Source: an uncultured Candidatus Binatia bacterium (GTDB taxonomy: Bacteria > Desulfobacterota > Binatia > Bin18). From it: a DNA stretch of 64,000 bases. The stretch covers positions 53,953 to 117,952 of the forward strand of contig OZ252051.1 of the NCBI GenBank assembly GCA_965247985.1. The letters run 5' to 3'. Below the pieces are notes generated by a model. That model ran no database searches and had not been told where the DNA came from. It saw nothing but the letters and a program-made list of their open reading frames with translations. The translations under genes were made by a program, and so were the position numbers. Shown here one piece after another: positions 48,487 through 57,797 of this stretch; the first letter of the stretch is position 1, and every line of letters starts with the position of its first letter.

Positions 48487-49602
48487 TCAGACTTCAATAC
48501 TGTACAGCTTCGCCGCCGTGTCGTGCACAATCTTACGACGGTCGGTTGCTGAGAGCTCATTGAACGTCGCATTAATGAAGTCCTGAGAATGCGGCCAGGT
48601 CGCAGCCGTATGCGGATAGTCTGACGACCACATGGCATTGTCCGGACCATAGATGTCAAGCGTCCGGATAAACAACGGCTCATTAATAAAGGTCGCATAC
48701 ACCTGACGCCGAATATAGTCGCTCGGCTTGAGGCTCAACTTCGCCGTCGTTCCCATAGAGCCTAACCGCCCGTGTATGAGATCCATACGCCACATAAAAT
48801 ACGACATCCAGGCTACGTCGTTCTCAGCCGAAACGATCTTTAGTTTGGGAAAACGCTCCAGGACACCGCCCAGGACAAAGACAGCCAAGGACCGCTCGAC
48901 CTCGTGGTACAGCGTGGTGGCCTGGAGGGCCAGGTTGCCGCTAAAGAAATCGACTCCTGTACCCTTTCGGCCCGTCAGGATGTGTAGCGAGAGAGGCATG
49001 TTGAGATCTGATGCCGCCGCCCAGAATGGATCATAGTCGGTATGGCTGTACGGCCGATCGGCCGGCGCCTCGGCCCAAATCATCGCTCCTCTAATGCCTC
49101 TTTTGGCGCAGCGCTCAAGCTCTTTTACCCCGGCATCAATATCTTCCAAGGTAATAAGCCCGAGCGGCAGAAGCCGTTTCGGATCATGGCTGCAATACTC
49201 TACCGACCAGTCATTATACGCGCTAAAACAGGAGGACCGCAGTTCTACATCGTCCAGCATGTACAGCGGCATACCCATGGAGGTGTAGATCGCCTCGGCA
49301 ACCACACCGTCACGGTCCTGGTCTTTCAGCCGAGCGGCTGGATCCCATACACTAGCTGGAGCCTGATCCATGCCTTTTTTGTTATGTTCAGGTAGATCCT
49401 TTGACGGTACGCCCGCACCAAAAAACGCAGCCACCGGAAAGGGCGTAATATTCTCGCAGACAAAATACTCGCCCTCTTTCCCGTTGAGGTCTTTCACCGT
49501 ATGCGGAGCCTTATCTCGAAACTTCTTATCGATCCGCTCCTTCCAGATGTTTGTGGGTTCTACGAAATGTGAATCCGCCGAAATAACACCATACTCTGCC
49601 AT
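48487..49602 (-). CDS. amidohydrolase-2 family protein, paralog 4
   Basis: ISADSHFVEPTNIW N-terminal motif. 371 aa. Confidence 0.85.
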   Translation of the reverse strand: MAEYGVISADSHFVEPTNIWKERIDKKFRDKAPHTVKDLNGKEGEYFVCENITPFPVAAFFGAGVPSKDLPEHNKKGMDQAPASVWDPAARLKDQDRDGVVAEAIYTSMGMPLYMLDDVELRSSCFSAYNDWSVEYCSHDPKRLLPLGLITLEDIDAGVKELERCAKRGIRGAMIWAEAPADRPYSHTDYDPFWAAASDLNMPLSLHILTGRKGTGVDFFSGNLALQATTLYHEVERSLAVFVLGGVLERFPKLKIVSAENDVAWMSYFMWRMDLIHGRLGSMGTTAKLSLKPSDYIRRQVYATFINEPLFIRTLDIYGPDNAMWSSDYPHTAATWPHSQDFINATFNELSATDRRKIVHDTAAKLYSIEV

Positions 49603-49721
49603 AAAACACCCTCCTTGTTTGGGATGGTTAATGTATCAAAAACTCCCCTAGAACCTTCTAGTGCTGCTACGATACGGTGTCTTACTCGATTTTTGCAAGA
49701 GATTTTTAGGAGCGTGTGTAC

Positions 49722-49752
49722 AAAAAAAGGACAGTCCTATCGAGCTGTCCCT
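49722..49752 (-). terminator. rho-independent terminator (minus strand: GGGACAG-ctcgatag-gaCTGTCC + T7)
   Basis: Stem-loop followed by a 7-T run on the minus strand, downstream of CoA-transferase gene 49783..50976. Confidence 0.55.
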
Positions 49753-49782
49753 TTCTGCGCGTTAAGAGCATTGGGTGAAGCG

Positions 49783-50976
49783 CTAGATCAGCCCTGCGTC
49801 TCGCATAGTCGCGATAGCCTGGGCGTCATAGCCGAGTTCCGTCAAGACCTCGGTACTATGCTCGCCGAGCAGGGGCGCAGGCCGTAGCGGGACATCCGAA
49901 GCCGACAGTTTGATGGGATTGCCGGCCATGGTGTACGTTCCGCGCGTGGGATGATCGAGTTCGAGAATCATATCCCGTTCACGTAAATGTGGATCATGCA
50001 TGACTTCGCCCGTGTCCTGACACGCCCCGCACGGCACCCCAGCCTCGGCCAAAATCCGCATGACTTCATGTTTCGGTTTTTTCGAGGTCCACGCTTCGAT
50101 AAAGGCGTTCACCTCAGCGCCGCGCTCAACCCGGGCCTCGGGAGTGTGATAGCGCGGGTCGTCAATCAGGTCTTCCCGTTGTATGGCGCACAGCAAGGAG
50201 TCCCACATCTGCTGCTGAGCAATAATGAACACATAGTCGTTGGGCCCTCCGGGGTGGCAACGATACGTCGTGGCCGGGACAAAGGCACCGAGTTGATTGC
50301 CGCTGCGTTCAACCGGCTTGCCATAACGCTGGTGGTCGCGCAGGCTGACCCGAACCAGATTTACCACCGCGTCCTGCATGGACACTTCGACCTGTTGGCC
50401 GACTTCGGTGGTGTGGCGCTGCATGAGAGCAGCCAGGATGCCGATGACGCAGTGCATGCCCGTGCCTGAGTCTCCCACACATGACCAGGTGACGGTTGGC
50501 GGATTTTCAGGAAAACCGGTCACGCTCATCGAGCCGCCCATCGCTTGAGCGACGGGTTCAAAACTCTTGAACGAGCTATACGGCCCATACGAACCAAAGC
50601 CTTTGATACTGGCATAGACAATACGGGGATTCAGGTGTTTGAGGGTGTCATAGCCAAACCCAAGCCGTTCCATGGTGCCGGGTCCGAAGTTCTCCAGCAC
50701 GACATCGGCGGTTGCCACCAGTTTTTGAAAGGCTTGCTTGCCCGCCGGTTGTTTGAGGTCAAGCGCCAGGCTGCGCTTGTTGGCATTGAAAAAAAGGAAA
50801 AACAGACTGTCCGTCCCAGGCTGGTCATTCAGACTCACGCGGGCGATATCACCCCGTCCAGGCGGTTCGACCTTGATCACATCCGCCCCAAGCCAGGCTA
50901 AAATTTGGCCACACGACGGGCCAGCCTGATTGTGGGTCAGGTCCAGCACCCGGATACCATTAAGCGCAGTGCTCAT
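49783..50976 (-). CDS. family III CoA-transferase (CaiB/BaiF)
   Basis: GIRVLDLTHNQAGPSCGQILAWLGADVIKVEPP N-terminal signature. 397 aa. Confidence 0.9.
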   Translation of the reverse strand: MSTALNGIRVLDLTHNQAGPSCGQILAWLGADVIKVEPPGRGDIARVSLNDQPGTDSLFFLFFNANKRSLALDLKQPAGKQAFQKLVATADVVLENFGPGTMERLGFGYDTLKHLNPRIVYASIKGFGSYGPYSSFKSFEPVAQAMGGSMSVTGFPENPPTVTWSCVGDSGTGMHCVIGILAALMQRHTTEVGQQVEVSMQDAVVNLVRVSLRDHQRYGKPVERSGNQLGAFVPATTYRCHPGGPNDYVFIIAQQQMWDSLLCAIQREDLIDDPRYHTPEARVERGAEVNAFIEAWTSKKPKHEVMRILAEAGVPCGACQDTGEVMHDPHLRERDMILELDHPTRGTYTMAGNPIKLSASDVPLRPAPLLGEHSTEVLTELGYDAQAIATMRDAGLI

Positions 50977-51014
50977 TGTCTCATTCTCCTTTCTTCATCT
51001 GTTCAGCGAGTCCC

Positions 51015-51047
51015 GTAGGTCGGATGAGCCGCAGGCGTAATCCGACA
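51015..51047. repeat. GTAGGTCGGAT-N13-TAATCCGACA palindromic element, second copy
   Basis: Shares both arms with the element at 14041-14070. In the 80-bp spacer between tandem minus-strand genes. Confidence 0.4.
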
Positions 51048-51057
51048 CCGCTGGCTA

Positions 51058-51888
51058 TCAATCCGACAGTCGTTGTCGGTATGCGGTCAGGTCCTCGACG
51101 GTCACACCATCCGGCGGAACGAGTTGATAATGCTTTTCCGAAACTACTCTCACGTCGCCACTCGTCCGCTCAAACTCAAAGAGTACAATCAGGTTGTCCC
51201 GCATGGATTGCACTCCAACGGGTCGGCATATAAGGGACGGGAGTCTATAAGCACACAACTCCATGTCTTGCTCAATCTGGACTCTATTGAGCATGTCCCT
51301 TTCTCCCTTGGCTTGTACAGGTACGACGTAATGAGAGCCGCCCTTGTCCACGCCCACGTATATCTCATCCGTCTCTACTTGGCCCATGTTAGGCACAGTC
51401 GTCCTGAGATGGTTTTGGAGCGAATAGCAGGCTATCCCCAAGAAGATGTCAATCAATCGGTTGTAACGAAGGCGCGTCAGGACAGCCTGCTCATCGTTGA
51501 ACGCATATTTCTCGATTATTCCGGGAGTTGAGTCTGGGACCTTAGTCACCGCAAGGTTCGGGTTAGGAATGAGCGGCCTGTCGGCCACCAGGACAAATTG
51601 GTATCGACTCCGCCCTGCGGGACGAATGATCCAGGTTTCCCCAGCGGGAGCCTCGGCAAGAATGCTGGACGGGAGCGCCTTTCGGTATCTGAAGCTGTAG
51701 ACCACGTCGCCCAGATTCTTGGGAAGCTGGATATTCAGTTCAGATGCGAACGTGACGATATCTTCTCGCTCGAATGCTACCGCTCGTTGTCCAGATTGAT
51801 ACTTGGCTTGGAAAATCGCCTCAATGATCGCTGCATAGCGGCTCTGGGACGGAATAGTGTACCCCCTCTCGGTCAGTGACCCGGCCAT
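51058..51888 (-). CDS. hypothetical protein; candidate restriction endonuclease partner of the adjacent DNA methyltransferase
   Basis: 276 aa. Start overlaps the MTase stop by 16 nt. Possible degenerate PD-(D/E)xK-like patch ...TDEIYVGVDKGGSHYVVPVQAKGE.... No known family recognised. Confidence 0.4.
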   Translation of the reverse strand: MAGSLTERGYTIPSQSRYAAIIEAIFQAKYQSGQRAVAFEREDIVTFASELNIQLPKNLGDVVYSFRYRKALPSSILAEAPAGETWIIRPAGRSRYQFVLVADRPLIPNPNLAVTKVPDSTPGIIEKYAFNDEQAVLTRLRYNRLIDIFLGIACYSLQNHLRTTVPNMGQVETDEIYVGVDKGGSHYVVPVQAKGERDMLNRVQIEQDMELCAYRLPSLICRPVGVQSMRDNLIVLFEFERTSGDVRVVSEKHYQLVPPDGVTVEDLTAYRQRLSD

Positions 51889-53222
51889 TCGAGTAAAACA
51901 ACTTCTTCCCGAAGCTGCTCGCCGGTCGCAGTTGACAGCCGGGTCCGAAACAAGTCAATGCCGGTGACGGTGTAGTTCAACGATTGCGCCAGTTCGGCAA
52001 GCAGCCGTCCCGTACGAATCATGACCCGCAGATACGACGCCTGGTCGCCCACCACATAAGCGAGTCGCGCCCCCGGTTTGAGGACGGGCCGGAGGGAAGC
52101 CAGATGGCGTACCATACCGCCAAAGTATAGCCGAGTGACGCGCGGATAGAGCCGCTCGAAGCCGGAGGTTTTTCCCAACTCAACCCGACGTTGCTCAATG
52201 GCCTCGGCGATATTCCGTATTTCGACGTTGTCTGCAACCTCAAGATCATCCGTATCCGACTTGTACACACCTCTCGTATTGGATCTGACCAAGTCCTGCT
52301 TCAGTGACCGCAATTCCTGTTTGTCTCGTATCAATCCGAGAATGACAGATTCCAAGCGCGTCGTGCGCGTATAGTCCTTCTCGTTTGGGTAGGGCGGGGA
52401 CGTGATGACTGCATCGACCGATTGCGGCTCCAGAATCCGATCAATCTGTCGGGAGTCGGCCTTGATGACGTGAGCGGTAACGTCAGCCCGGTCTCCGACG
52501 AGACCAAAGTCACTTGCCATGGACCGGACACGGTCAAGCCAGGCCTCGAAGACTGGAGCGTCCTCCTTAATCCTCCCAACCCCCACTTCCGGGCCGAACT
52601 TCAGGTTGCCGATACGCTGTACCAAAGCGCTGGCCAGTGCGAGACGGCCGTATTGCTGCACCTGCCGGTCGCCCTGTCGGTCAATCGTGTCCAGCAACAG
52701 CAAGGTCTTATGCAGGGGAAGCGGACTGATTGAGTTCTTTAATAGCAATTTCAACTGCTCAGGACGCAGTTCGGCCAGCGGTGGATGTTCCGGTTCAGCG
52801 GCGGTAAACAGCGGGGAGTCGGTCCATTCATCCATGCCCTGTTGTTCCAGAGTCTTTCTCGCTGACGTGACGACCTGCCCGGCATAGTCCAAAAGTCTGG
52901 TGCGATTGACCGACCAATCGACTTTCACCGAGCTTGCGAAGTGTGCCATAGGGTTCGACTCGATTCCGACACTCCGAATGCCGAGTTTCTTACACTCAAC
53001 CAACGTGGTGCCGGTTCCACAGAAGGGGTCGAGAACCGTCTCGGAGGGGCAAACGCCAAATCGTTCAAGATAGTCACGGACCAAGTGGGGTGGGAATGAC
53101 AGCACAAACCGATACCAGTCATGAACCGGCCGGTCTTCGGGCCGGAGCTTGTTCTGGTCATTCCGGGCACCGCTCGTATTGGGAAGCCTCTCAGTCGCTA
53201 TTGGCATCGGTATTGAGTTCAA
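51873..53222 (-). CDS. site-specific DNA amino-methyltransferase (N4-cytosine or N6-adenine; alpha-type motif order I...IV)
   Basis: Motif I LDPFCGTGTT near the N-terminus. Motif IV ITSPPYP ~210 aa later. 449 aa. Confidence 0.8.
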   Translation of the reverse strand: MNSIPMPIATERLPNTSGARNDQNKLRPEDRPVHDWYRFVLSFPPHLVRDYLERFGVCPSETVLDPFCGTGTTLVECKKLGIRSVGIESNPMAHFASSVKVDWSVNRTRLLDYAGQVVTSARKTLEQQGMDEWTDSPLFTAAEPEHPPLAELRPEQLKLLLKNSISPLPLHKTLLLLDTIDRQGDRQVQQYGRLALASALVQRIGNLKFGPEVGVGRIKEDAPVFEAWLDRVRSMASDFGLVGDRADVTAHVIKADSRQIDRILEPQSVDAVITSPPYPNEKDYTRTTRLESVILGLIRDKQELRSLKQDLVRSNTRGVYKSDTDDLEVADNVEIRNIAEAIEQRRVELGKTSGFERLYPRVTRLYFGGMVRHLASLRPVLKPGARLAYVVGDQASYLRVMIRTGRLLAELAQSLNYTVTGIDLFRTRLSTATGEQLREEVVLLEWPGH

Positions 53223-53242
53223 CAGAGTTTTGAGGATAGCAT

Positions 53243-53593
53243 TTAGGCCAACGGAATAAACAACGACTTTCTGGGCTGGCCGTTGACCGCTCGGCTGATA
53301 TGTCCCTGGCCGGTGGTATCCTCGGCCAGAAGAATCTCGCCCGTACCCAGAACGCGCTTCGTGCCGTCACCAATCTCGATTTCGACCGCACCCTCAAGCA
53401 TGACCACATATTGCCGCCGCGGCGCGTTGTGAAAATCGAGGTCATAGTCTCCGCCCGTTTCTCGAAAGATGACGCCGGTTGCCGGAATCAGCTCAGAGAG
53501 CTGTCCCACTCCGCCACCGTCTTTGAGCGGAATCTCGACATCCTCAAAATGTGATTGGTTATCTGGACCCGTATAGATGCGGGTGACTTTCAT
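53243..53593 (-). CDS. cupin-domain protein
   Basis: Start at ATG 53593 after GGAGG. 116 aa with a cupin beta-barrel pattern. The track ORF is over-extended. Confidence 0.6.
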   Translation of the reverse strand: MKVTRIYTGPDNQSHFEDVEIPLKDGGGVGQLSELIPATGVIFRETGGDYDLDFHNAPRRQYVVMLEGAVEIEIGDGTKRVLGTGEILLAEDTTGQGHISRAVNGQPRKSLFIPLA

Positions 53594-53750
53594 GCTGGGC
53601 CTCCTTTCCACAAGCGTTCTGAACTGTATGACACAGCCCCGTTGAGTGTCAAATGATACCGGATTTTCCGACCTGGACAGGGCTAGCGCCCATGACTTAT
53701 AGTGATGCGGCTGTAATGAAAAAAGACCGGCGAAGGTAGAGGAGAACACG

Positions 53751-54833
53751 ATGCGCGCAGTAGTGATGCTGAACCATGAACTGACGGTTGAAGATATTCC
53801 CGTCCCGGAGCCCGGCCCAGGCGAAGTCCTGGTCAAAACTTTGGCCTGCGGGATTTGCGGCTCAGACCTGCACGCGCTGAAGCATACGGAGAAGCTGGTG
53901 GAAGTATCGGAGCGTTCCGGTGGGGTTTTTAATATGGACCTCAGCCGTGGAATCGTCATGGGCCATGAGTTCTGTGTCGAGGTCGTCGATCACGGGCCGA
54001 ACACACAAAAAATGCTCAAGGCCGGGACGCGCGCAGTTTCCATGCCGATCCTCATTCGGCCAAGCGGTGTCGAGACGGTCGGCTATTCAAATGACAACCC
54101 AGGCGGCTATGGGGAGTATATGCGCCTGAGTGAAAAGCTGTTGCTCGCAGTCCCGAACGGCCTGCCCACGCCCAAAGCCGCCCTGACCGAACCCATGGCG
54201 GTTGGCCTGCACGCGGTTGAAATGGCCCGCCTGGCAAAAGACGACGTACCCTTGGTCATCGGCTGCGGACCAGTCGGCCTGGCCGTTATTGCGTCGCTAC
54301 GGATGAAAGGTGTGCAGCCCATTATTGCTGCGGATTTCTCCCCCCGTCGCCGCCAACTCGCAGAAGCCGTGGGTGCGGATATTATCATTGACCCTGCCGA
54401 GCAGTCGCCGTATACCAGTTGGCAGGAAGCTGCGGTCTGGGCTGATCCGAGTACGGCTCCGCCTCAGCCGCCCTGGGCTTCCGGTCCTCCGCTACGTCCG
54501 GCAGTCATGTTCGAGTGCGTCGGCGTGCCCGGAATCATTGACCAGATTATGACCGCGGCCCCGCAAGGCACGCGGATTGTCGTCGTTGGCGTCTGCATGG
54601 AGAAGGACAGCTTTGAGCCGATGTTCGGCATCAATAAGGAACTCAATCTCCAATTCGTCTTGGGCTATAGCGGAGAAGAATACGCGTCCACGCTCCACCA
54701 TATTGCGGACGGGGCACTCATGACCGATCCGCTCATTACAGGAACGGTTGGCGTGGCAGGCGTCCCCCAGGCATTTCAGGATTTGGACTCGCCGGAACAC
54801 CACGCCAAAATTATTGTGGAACCCTGGCACTAA
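53751..54833 (+). CDS. zinc-dependent alcohol dehydrogenase (MDR) family
   Basis: CGICGSDLH catalytic-Zn motif, GHEFCVEVVDHG, Rossmann GCGPVGLAV. 360 aa. Confidence 0.85.
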   Translation: MRAVVMLNHELTVEDIPVPEPGPGEVLVKTLACGICGSDLHALKHTEKLVEVSERSGGVFNMDLSRGIVMGHEFCVEVVDHGPNTQKMLKAGTRAVSMPILIRPSGVETVGYSNDNPGGYGEYMRLSEKLLLAVPNGLPTPKAALTEPMAVGLHAVEMARLAKDDVPLVIGCGPVGLAVIASLRMKGVQPIIAADFSPRRRQLAEAVGADIIIDPAEQSPYTSWQEAAVWADPSTAPPQPPWASGPPLRPAVMFECVGVPGIIDQIMTAAPQGTRIVVVGVCMEKDSFEPMFGINKELNLQFVLGYSGEEYASTLHHIADGALMTDPLITGTVGVAGVPQAFQDLDSPEHHAKIIVEPWH

Positions 54834-54853
54834 GATTTCAGGAGGAGGACAGC

Positions 54854-55492
54854 ATGGCTGATATACAGAATTGGACCCTACGGGGAGACTGGTTTGATGT
54901 GTGCAGTTGCGATATCGCCTGTCCGTGCGAATTTGCCCAGCCGCCAACAAACAATCACTGTGAGGGAGTCCTGGCCTACCATGTCCGAGAAGGGATGTAT
55001 GGTTCAACCCGTCTCGATGGGCTGAATATCATTGCCGTCGCCAGCTTTAGTGGCAATGTATGGGCTGGTGAGGCAAAAATTTCACTTGGACTGTTTATTG
55101 ACGAGCAAGCCGATGGGCAACAGCGCGAGGCGCTTCAACTCATCTTTTCCGGGCAGGCCGGCGGATTTATGGGCGGTTTTGCTCGCTCGATCGGTGAGGT
55201 CCGCGGTATTGAGTTTGTGCCTATCACTTTTGATATTGCCGACGATCTTGCTTTTTGGAAGGCGGAAATCCCGCAGAAAGTCACGGCCTTTGCCGAGGCG
55301 CTGACCGGACCGACCACACCGAAAGGGAAACGGGTGCAGTTGCTGAATCCACCGGGTTCCGAAGTTGGACCCGGCCAAGTCGCCACCTGGGGCAAAACGG
55401 TTGACAATCGGGTCAACGCCTACGGCTTTGAGTGGGATTGGGCAGACAAATCGAGTAAGCACATTCCTTTTGACTGGAGTGGACCAGCATAG
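54854..55492 (+). CDS. DUF1326 family protein
   Basis: N-terminal WFDVCSCDIACPCEF Cys-cluster characteristic of DUF1326. 212 aa. AGGAGGAGGA RBS. Confidence 0.7.
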   Translation: MADIQNWTLRGDWFDVCSCDIACPCEFAQPPTNNHCEGVLAYHVREGMYGSTRLDGLNIIAVASFSGNVWAGEAKISLGLFIDEQADGQQREALQLIFSGQAGGFMGGFARSIGEVRGIEFVPITFDIADDLAFWKAEIPQKVTAFAEALTGPTTPKGKRVQLLNPPGSEVGPGQVATWGKTVDNRVNAYGFEWDWADKSSKHIPFDWSGPA

Positions 55493-55563
55493 GGGGGTAT
55501 GCCGTGCCCGTACTGTCGCTTCTCTGGAACTGCGGAAATATTACTGAATATCTATACCGAAAT

Positions 55564-55596
55564 GGCGGGAGAAGGCTCATGAGTACTTCCCCCGCC
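55564..55596. terminator. imperfect 11-bp hairpin GGCGGGAGAAG-N11-CTTCCCCCGCC between convergent genes
   Basis: Seen directly. No U-tract. Confidence 0.3.
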
Positions 55597-55650
55597 ACCG
55601 GAAGGAGGAAGAAAGAAGGAAGGATAAAGATTCAGACGGTTCAACGCCTG

Positions 55651-56358
55651 TCAGTATTCAACCTGCCGCCCAGCTATCTCGGACAAATATTCAACTTTCT
55701 CTAAAAAAGCCTGGGCTCCTCCAGACGTCCCTTTGGTATTCATCTGAAAGCCAAATCGACTGATTGGGGGAACAACAGTGTAACCAAACTGAGTTCGGAA
55801 GGCCTGGTCCAAATCAAATTCAGTCACAACACGCTTCCCCACCGGCACCCCACACGGTGTACAGAAATATCGTCCGCCGGTTTTATAGTAATTCCCGGTA
55901 TACGCCCGATTTACCTGTTCCTTTTCTCCTAAGAAGAGGCCGATAAAATACGGGGCATTAGGGACAAAGAGCGAGCCGCTCTTTATTTTTTTTGTCCCAA
56001 AGGTTGTCATAACCGCAATAGGGACCGCGGTAATCCCATTGCTCCAATCCGCCCCGCGTGGATAGCGTTCGACACCCCAATGAATACGAATTCGCTTGAC
56101 CTGGGACAAATACAAGGGCAGCTCGAACAGCCCTCCTTTTTGTCGGGAGGTCTGTAATACGAGTCGATTGTTTTTGAAGCGCGGCTGTAAATCTTCTGCA
56201 TCAAGGCGAAAGGTAAATCCTTGCTGCTTCAACCATCCATCTGCCGGACCGTCTGGGTGGCCGGAGAAATCAATCGTATGCAGAGGAGCTGCCAGAGCAA
56301 CGGCCTCAGAGAGTCCACACCACAGCAGACACACGCACAGAATTCTGAGAGTCCACAT
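55651..56358 (-). CDS. secreted hypothetical protein (possibly DUF3047-like; unverified)
   Basis: Start at ATG 56358 (MWTLRILCVCLLWCGLSEAVALAAP signal peptide). ~235 aa. The track ORF extends into the leader element. Confidence 0.55.
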   Translation of the reverse strand: MWTLRILCVCLLWCGLSEAVALAAPLHTIDFSGHPDGPADGWLKQQGFTFRLDAEDLQPRFKNNRLVLQTSRQKGGLFELPLYLSQVKRIRIHWGVERYPRGADWSNGITAVPIAVMTTFGTKKIKSGSLFVPNAPYFIGLFLGEKEQVNRAYTGNYYKTGGRYFCTPCGVPVGKRVVTEFDLDQAFRTQFGYTVVPPISRFGFQMNTKGTSGGAQAFLEKVEYLSEIAGRQVEY

Positions 56359-56399
56359 CACACCACAACGATTACGGGTAGGTGTCTGCATATTTCTCC

Positions 56400-56455
56400 A
56401 AATGAGTAAACGTGCCAACCTCTGCATGTCTGTTGGAGGGCGCGTTTACTCATTT
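56400..56455. promoter_or_regulatory. palindromic leader element, copy D (AAATGAGTAAACG-tgccaacctctgcatgtctgttggagggcg-CGTTTACTCATTT; perfect 13-bp arms)
   Basis: 42 bp upstream of the secreted-protein start at 56358. Confidence 0.6.
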
Positions 56456-56489
56456 TGCAAGGTCTAACCGTTTATCTTGATGCTGAGTA

Positions 56490-56517
56490 GTAGGGGCGAA
56501 AAATCTTTCGCCCCTAC
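56490..56517. promoter_or_regulatory. perfect 12-bp stem-loop GTAGGGGCGAAA-aatc-TTTCGCCCCTAC in the divergent leader region upstream of LLM gene 56630
   Basis: Seen directly. Confidence 0.35.
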
Positions 56518-56629
56518 CCGTCCTGCGTATGTATTGCTGACTTGACGACGGCCATATTCCAGTCGAGAATGACTCGCGGTCGTATCACGCAAACACTACG
56601 TCGTATGGGTATGATAGAGGAGAACAAAT

Positions 56630-57622
56630 ATGGCTCAAATTGGTCTTGCTTTGGCGGGCGGTATGGCGCCTACCGATATTGTTGATTGTGTCAAATATGC
56701 AGAAGAGCAGGGCTATACTTCAGCCTGGTTTGCGGAAGGGCATGGCGGAGATCAGTTTTCTGTTCTCACCGCCTGCGCCCTGGCAACCCAGCGCATACAG
56801 CTCGGAACGAGTATTAGTAGTATTTTCGTGCGCAGCGCGCCGACTATTGCCATGGCGGCCGCGTGCGTTGATCATTATTCTCAGCAGCGCTTTATTTTGG
56901 GCTTAGGCTCAAGTCACAAGGTTCAGGTCGAACCGGAACATGGCATCCCGTATGGTCAGCCAGTCCAACGCATGCGCGAAACGGTTGAGATTATCCGCAC
57001 CCTTCTGCGTGAGGGAGAAGTGTCCTATCAAGGCGAGGTACTGACAATTGAGCGGTTTGATCTGTGGTTTCAGCCCGTCCGCCCGGAAATTCCGATCTAT
57101 ATATCAGCCGTCTTTCCGCAGATGCTCCAAGCCTGTGGGGAGCTCGCACAGGGGACTATTCTGGTGTGGAGTGCCCCAGAAGCAGGCACGCTGGCCGCTG
57201 AAAATATCGCGATTGGTGCGAGCCGAGCCGGACGCAAGGTCGAAGATGTTGACGTTGTCTCACTCCTGCCGATGAGCGTGGCCCAGGACCACCACGAAGC
57301 CCTGGAGCGCCTGCGTCCCCTGGTCGCTTTCTATGGTGGATTCTTTCCGCGTTATAATCGCTCAATGGCTGAGCAAGGATTTCCCGAGGAAGCCCAAGCT
57401 ATTCGAGAGGCATGGCAGAAGGGGGACCGGCAAAAGGCGATTCAACTTGTTCCTGACCTATTGATTGAAACGCTCAGTGTCGCAGGGACACCGGCCGAAT
57501 GCCGAGAACGTATCGAAGCCTATCGTCACTCAGGCATCGTGCACCCTGTTATTTTCCCAGTAAGTGACGGCCCGACCGGGAAGCAGCACGTTATGGAGGC
57601 GGTGCGGGCCTGTGCGCCCTGA
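56630..57622 (+). CDS. LLM family flavin-dependent oxidoreductase
   Basis: 330 aa LLM fold. GAGGAGAA RBS. Confidence 0.85.
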   Translation: MAQIGLALAGGMAPTDIVDCVKYAEEQGYTSAWFAEGHGGDQFSVLTACALATQRIQLGTSISSIFVRSAPTIAMAAACVDHYSQQRFILGLGSSHKVQVEPEHGIPYGQPVQRMRETVEIIRTLLREGEVSYQGEVLTIERFDLWFQPVRPEIPIYISAVFPQMLQACGELAQGTILVWSAPEAGTLAAENIAIGASRAGRKVEDVDVVSLLPMSVAQDHHEALERLRPLVAFYGGFFPRYNRSMAEQGFPEEAQAIREAWQKGDRQKAIQLVPDLLIETLSVAGTPAECRERIEAYRHSGIVHPVIFPVSDGPTGKQHVMEAVRACAP

Positions 57623-57797
57623 CCTATGGCGTACGGTTAAGAAAAGTGAAGAGAAGACATCCCCTCCTGGGAGGAATTATATACGAAAGTGTAACCAGGC
57701 ACGAGGCTAGTGAAGAGGTCTGGAGGTCCCTATTGCATTAAGGAAGTGCTGTAGGGAATCGGATGGGATTCTTCACACCGTGCCTCCGGCACCACCT

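Noticed and set aside
53243-53593. Cupin gene as a C-protein-like controller of the adjacent R-M pair
   Set aside because: Controller proteins are HTH proteins. This is a cupin beta-barrel with no DNA-binding motif, and it is more likely metabolic.
3542-56455. Interpreting the palindromic AAATGAGTAAACG elements as integron attC sites
   Set aside because: attC sites sit at the 3' end of cassettes and carry RYYYAAC / GTTRRRY cores. These elements are 5' of genes, their arms do not fit those cores, and no intI is present.
56380-56455. Sigma-54 (TGGCAC-N5-TTGC) or sigma-70 promoter embedded in the reverse complement of the palindromic element (TTGGCACG...)
   Set aside because: The -24-like TGGCACG is present, but the -12 TTGC is not at the required spacing. 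-35/-10 fits were poor and inconsistent between copies.
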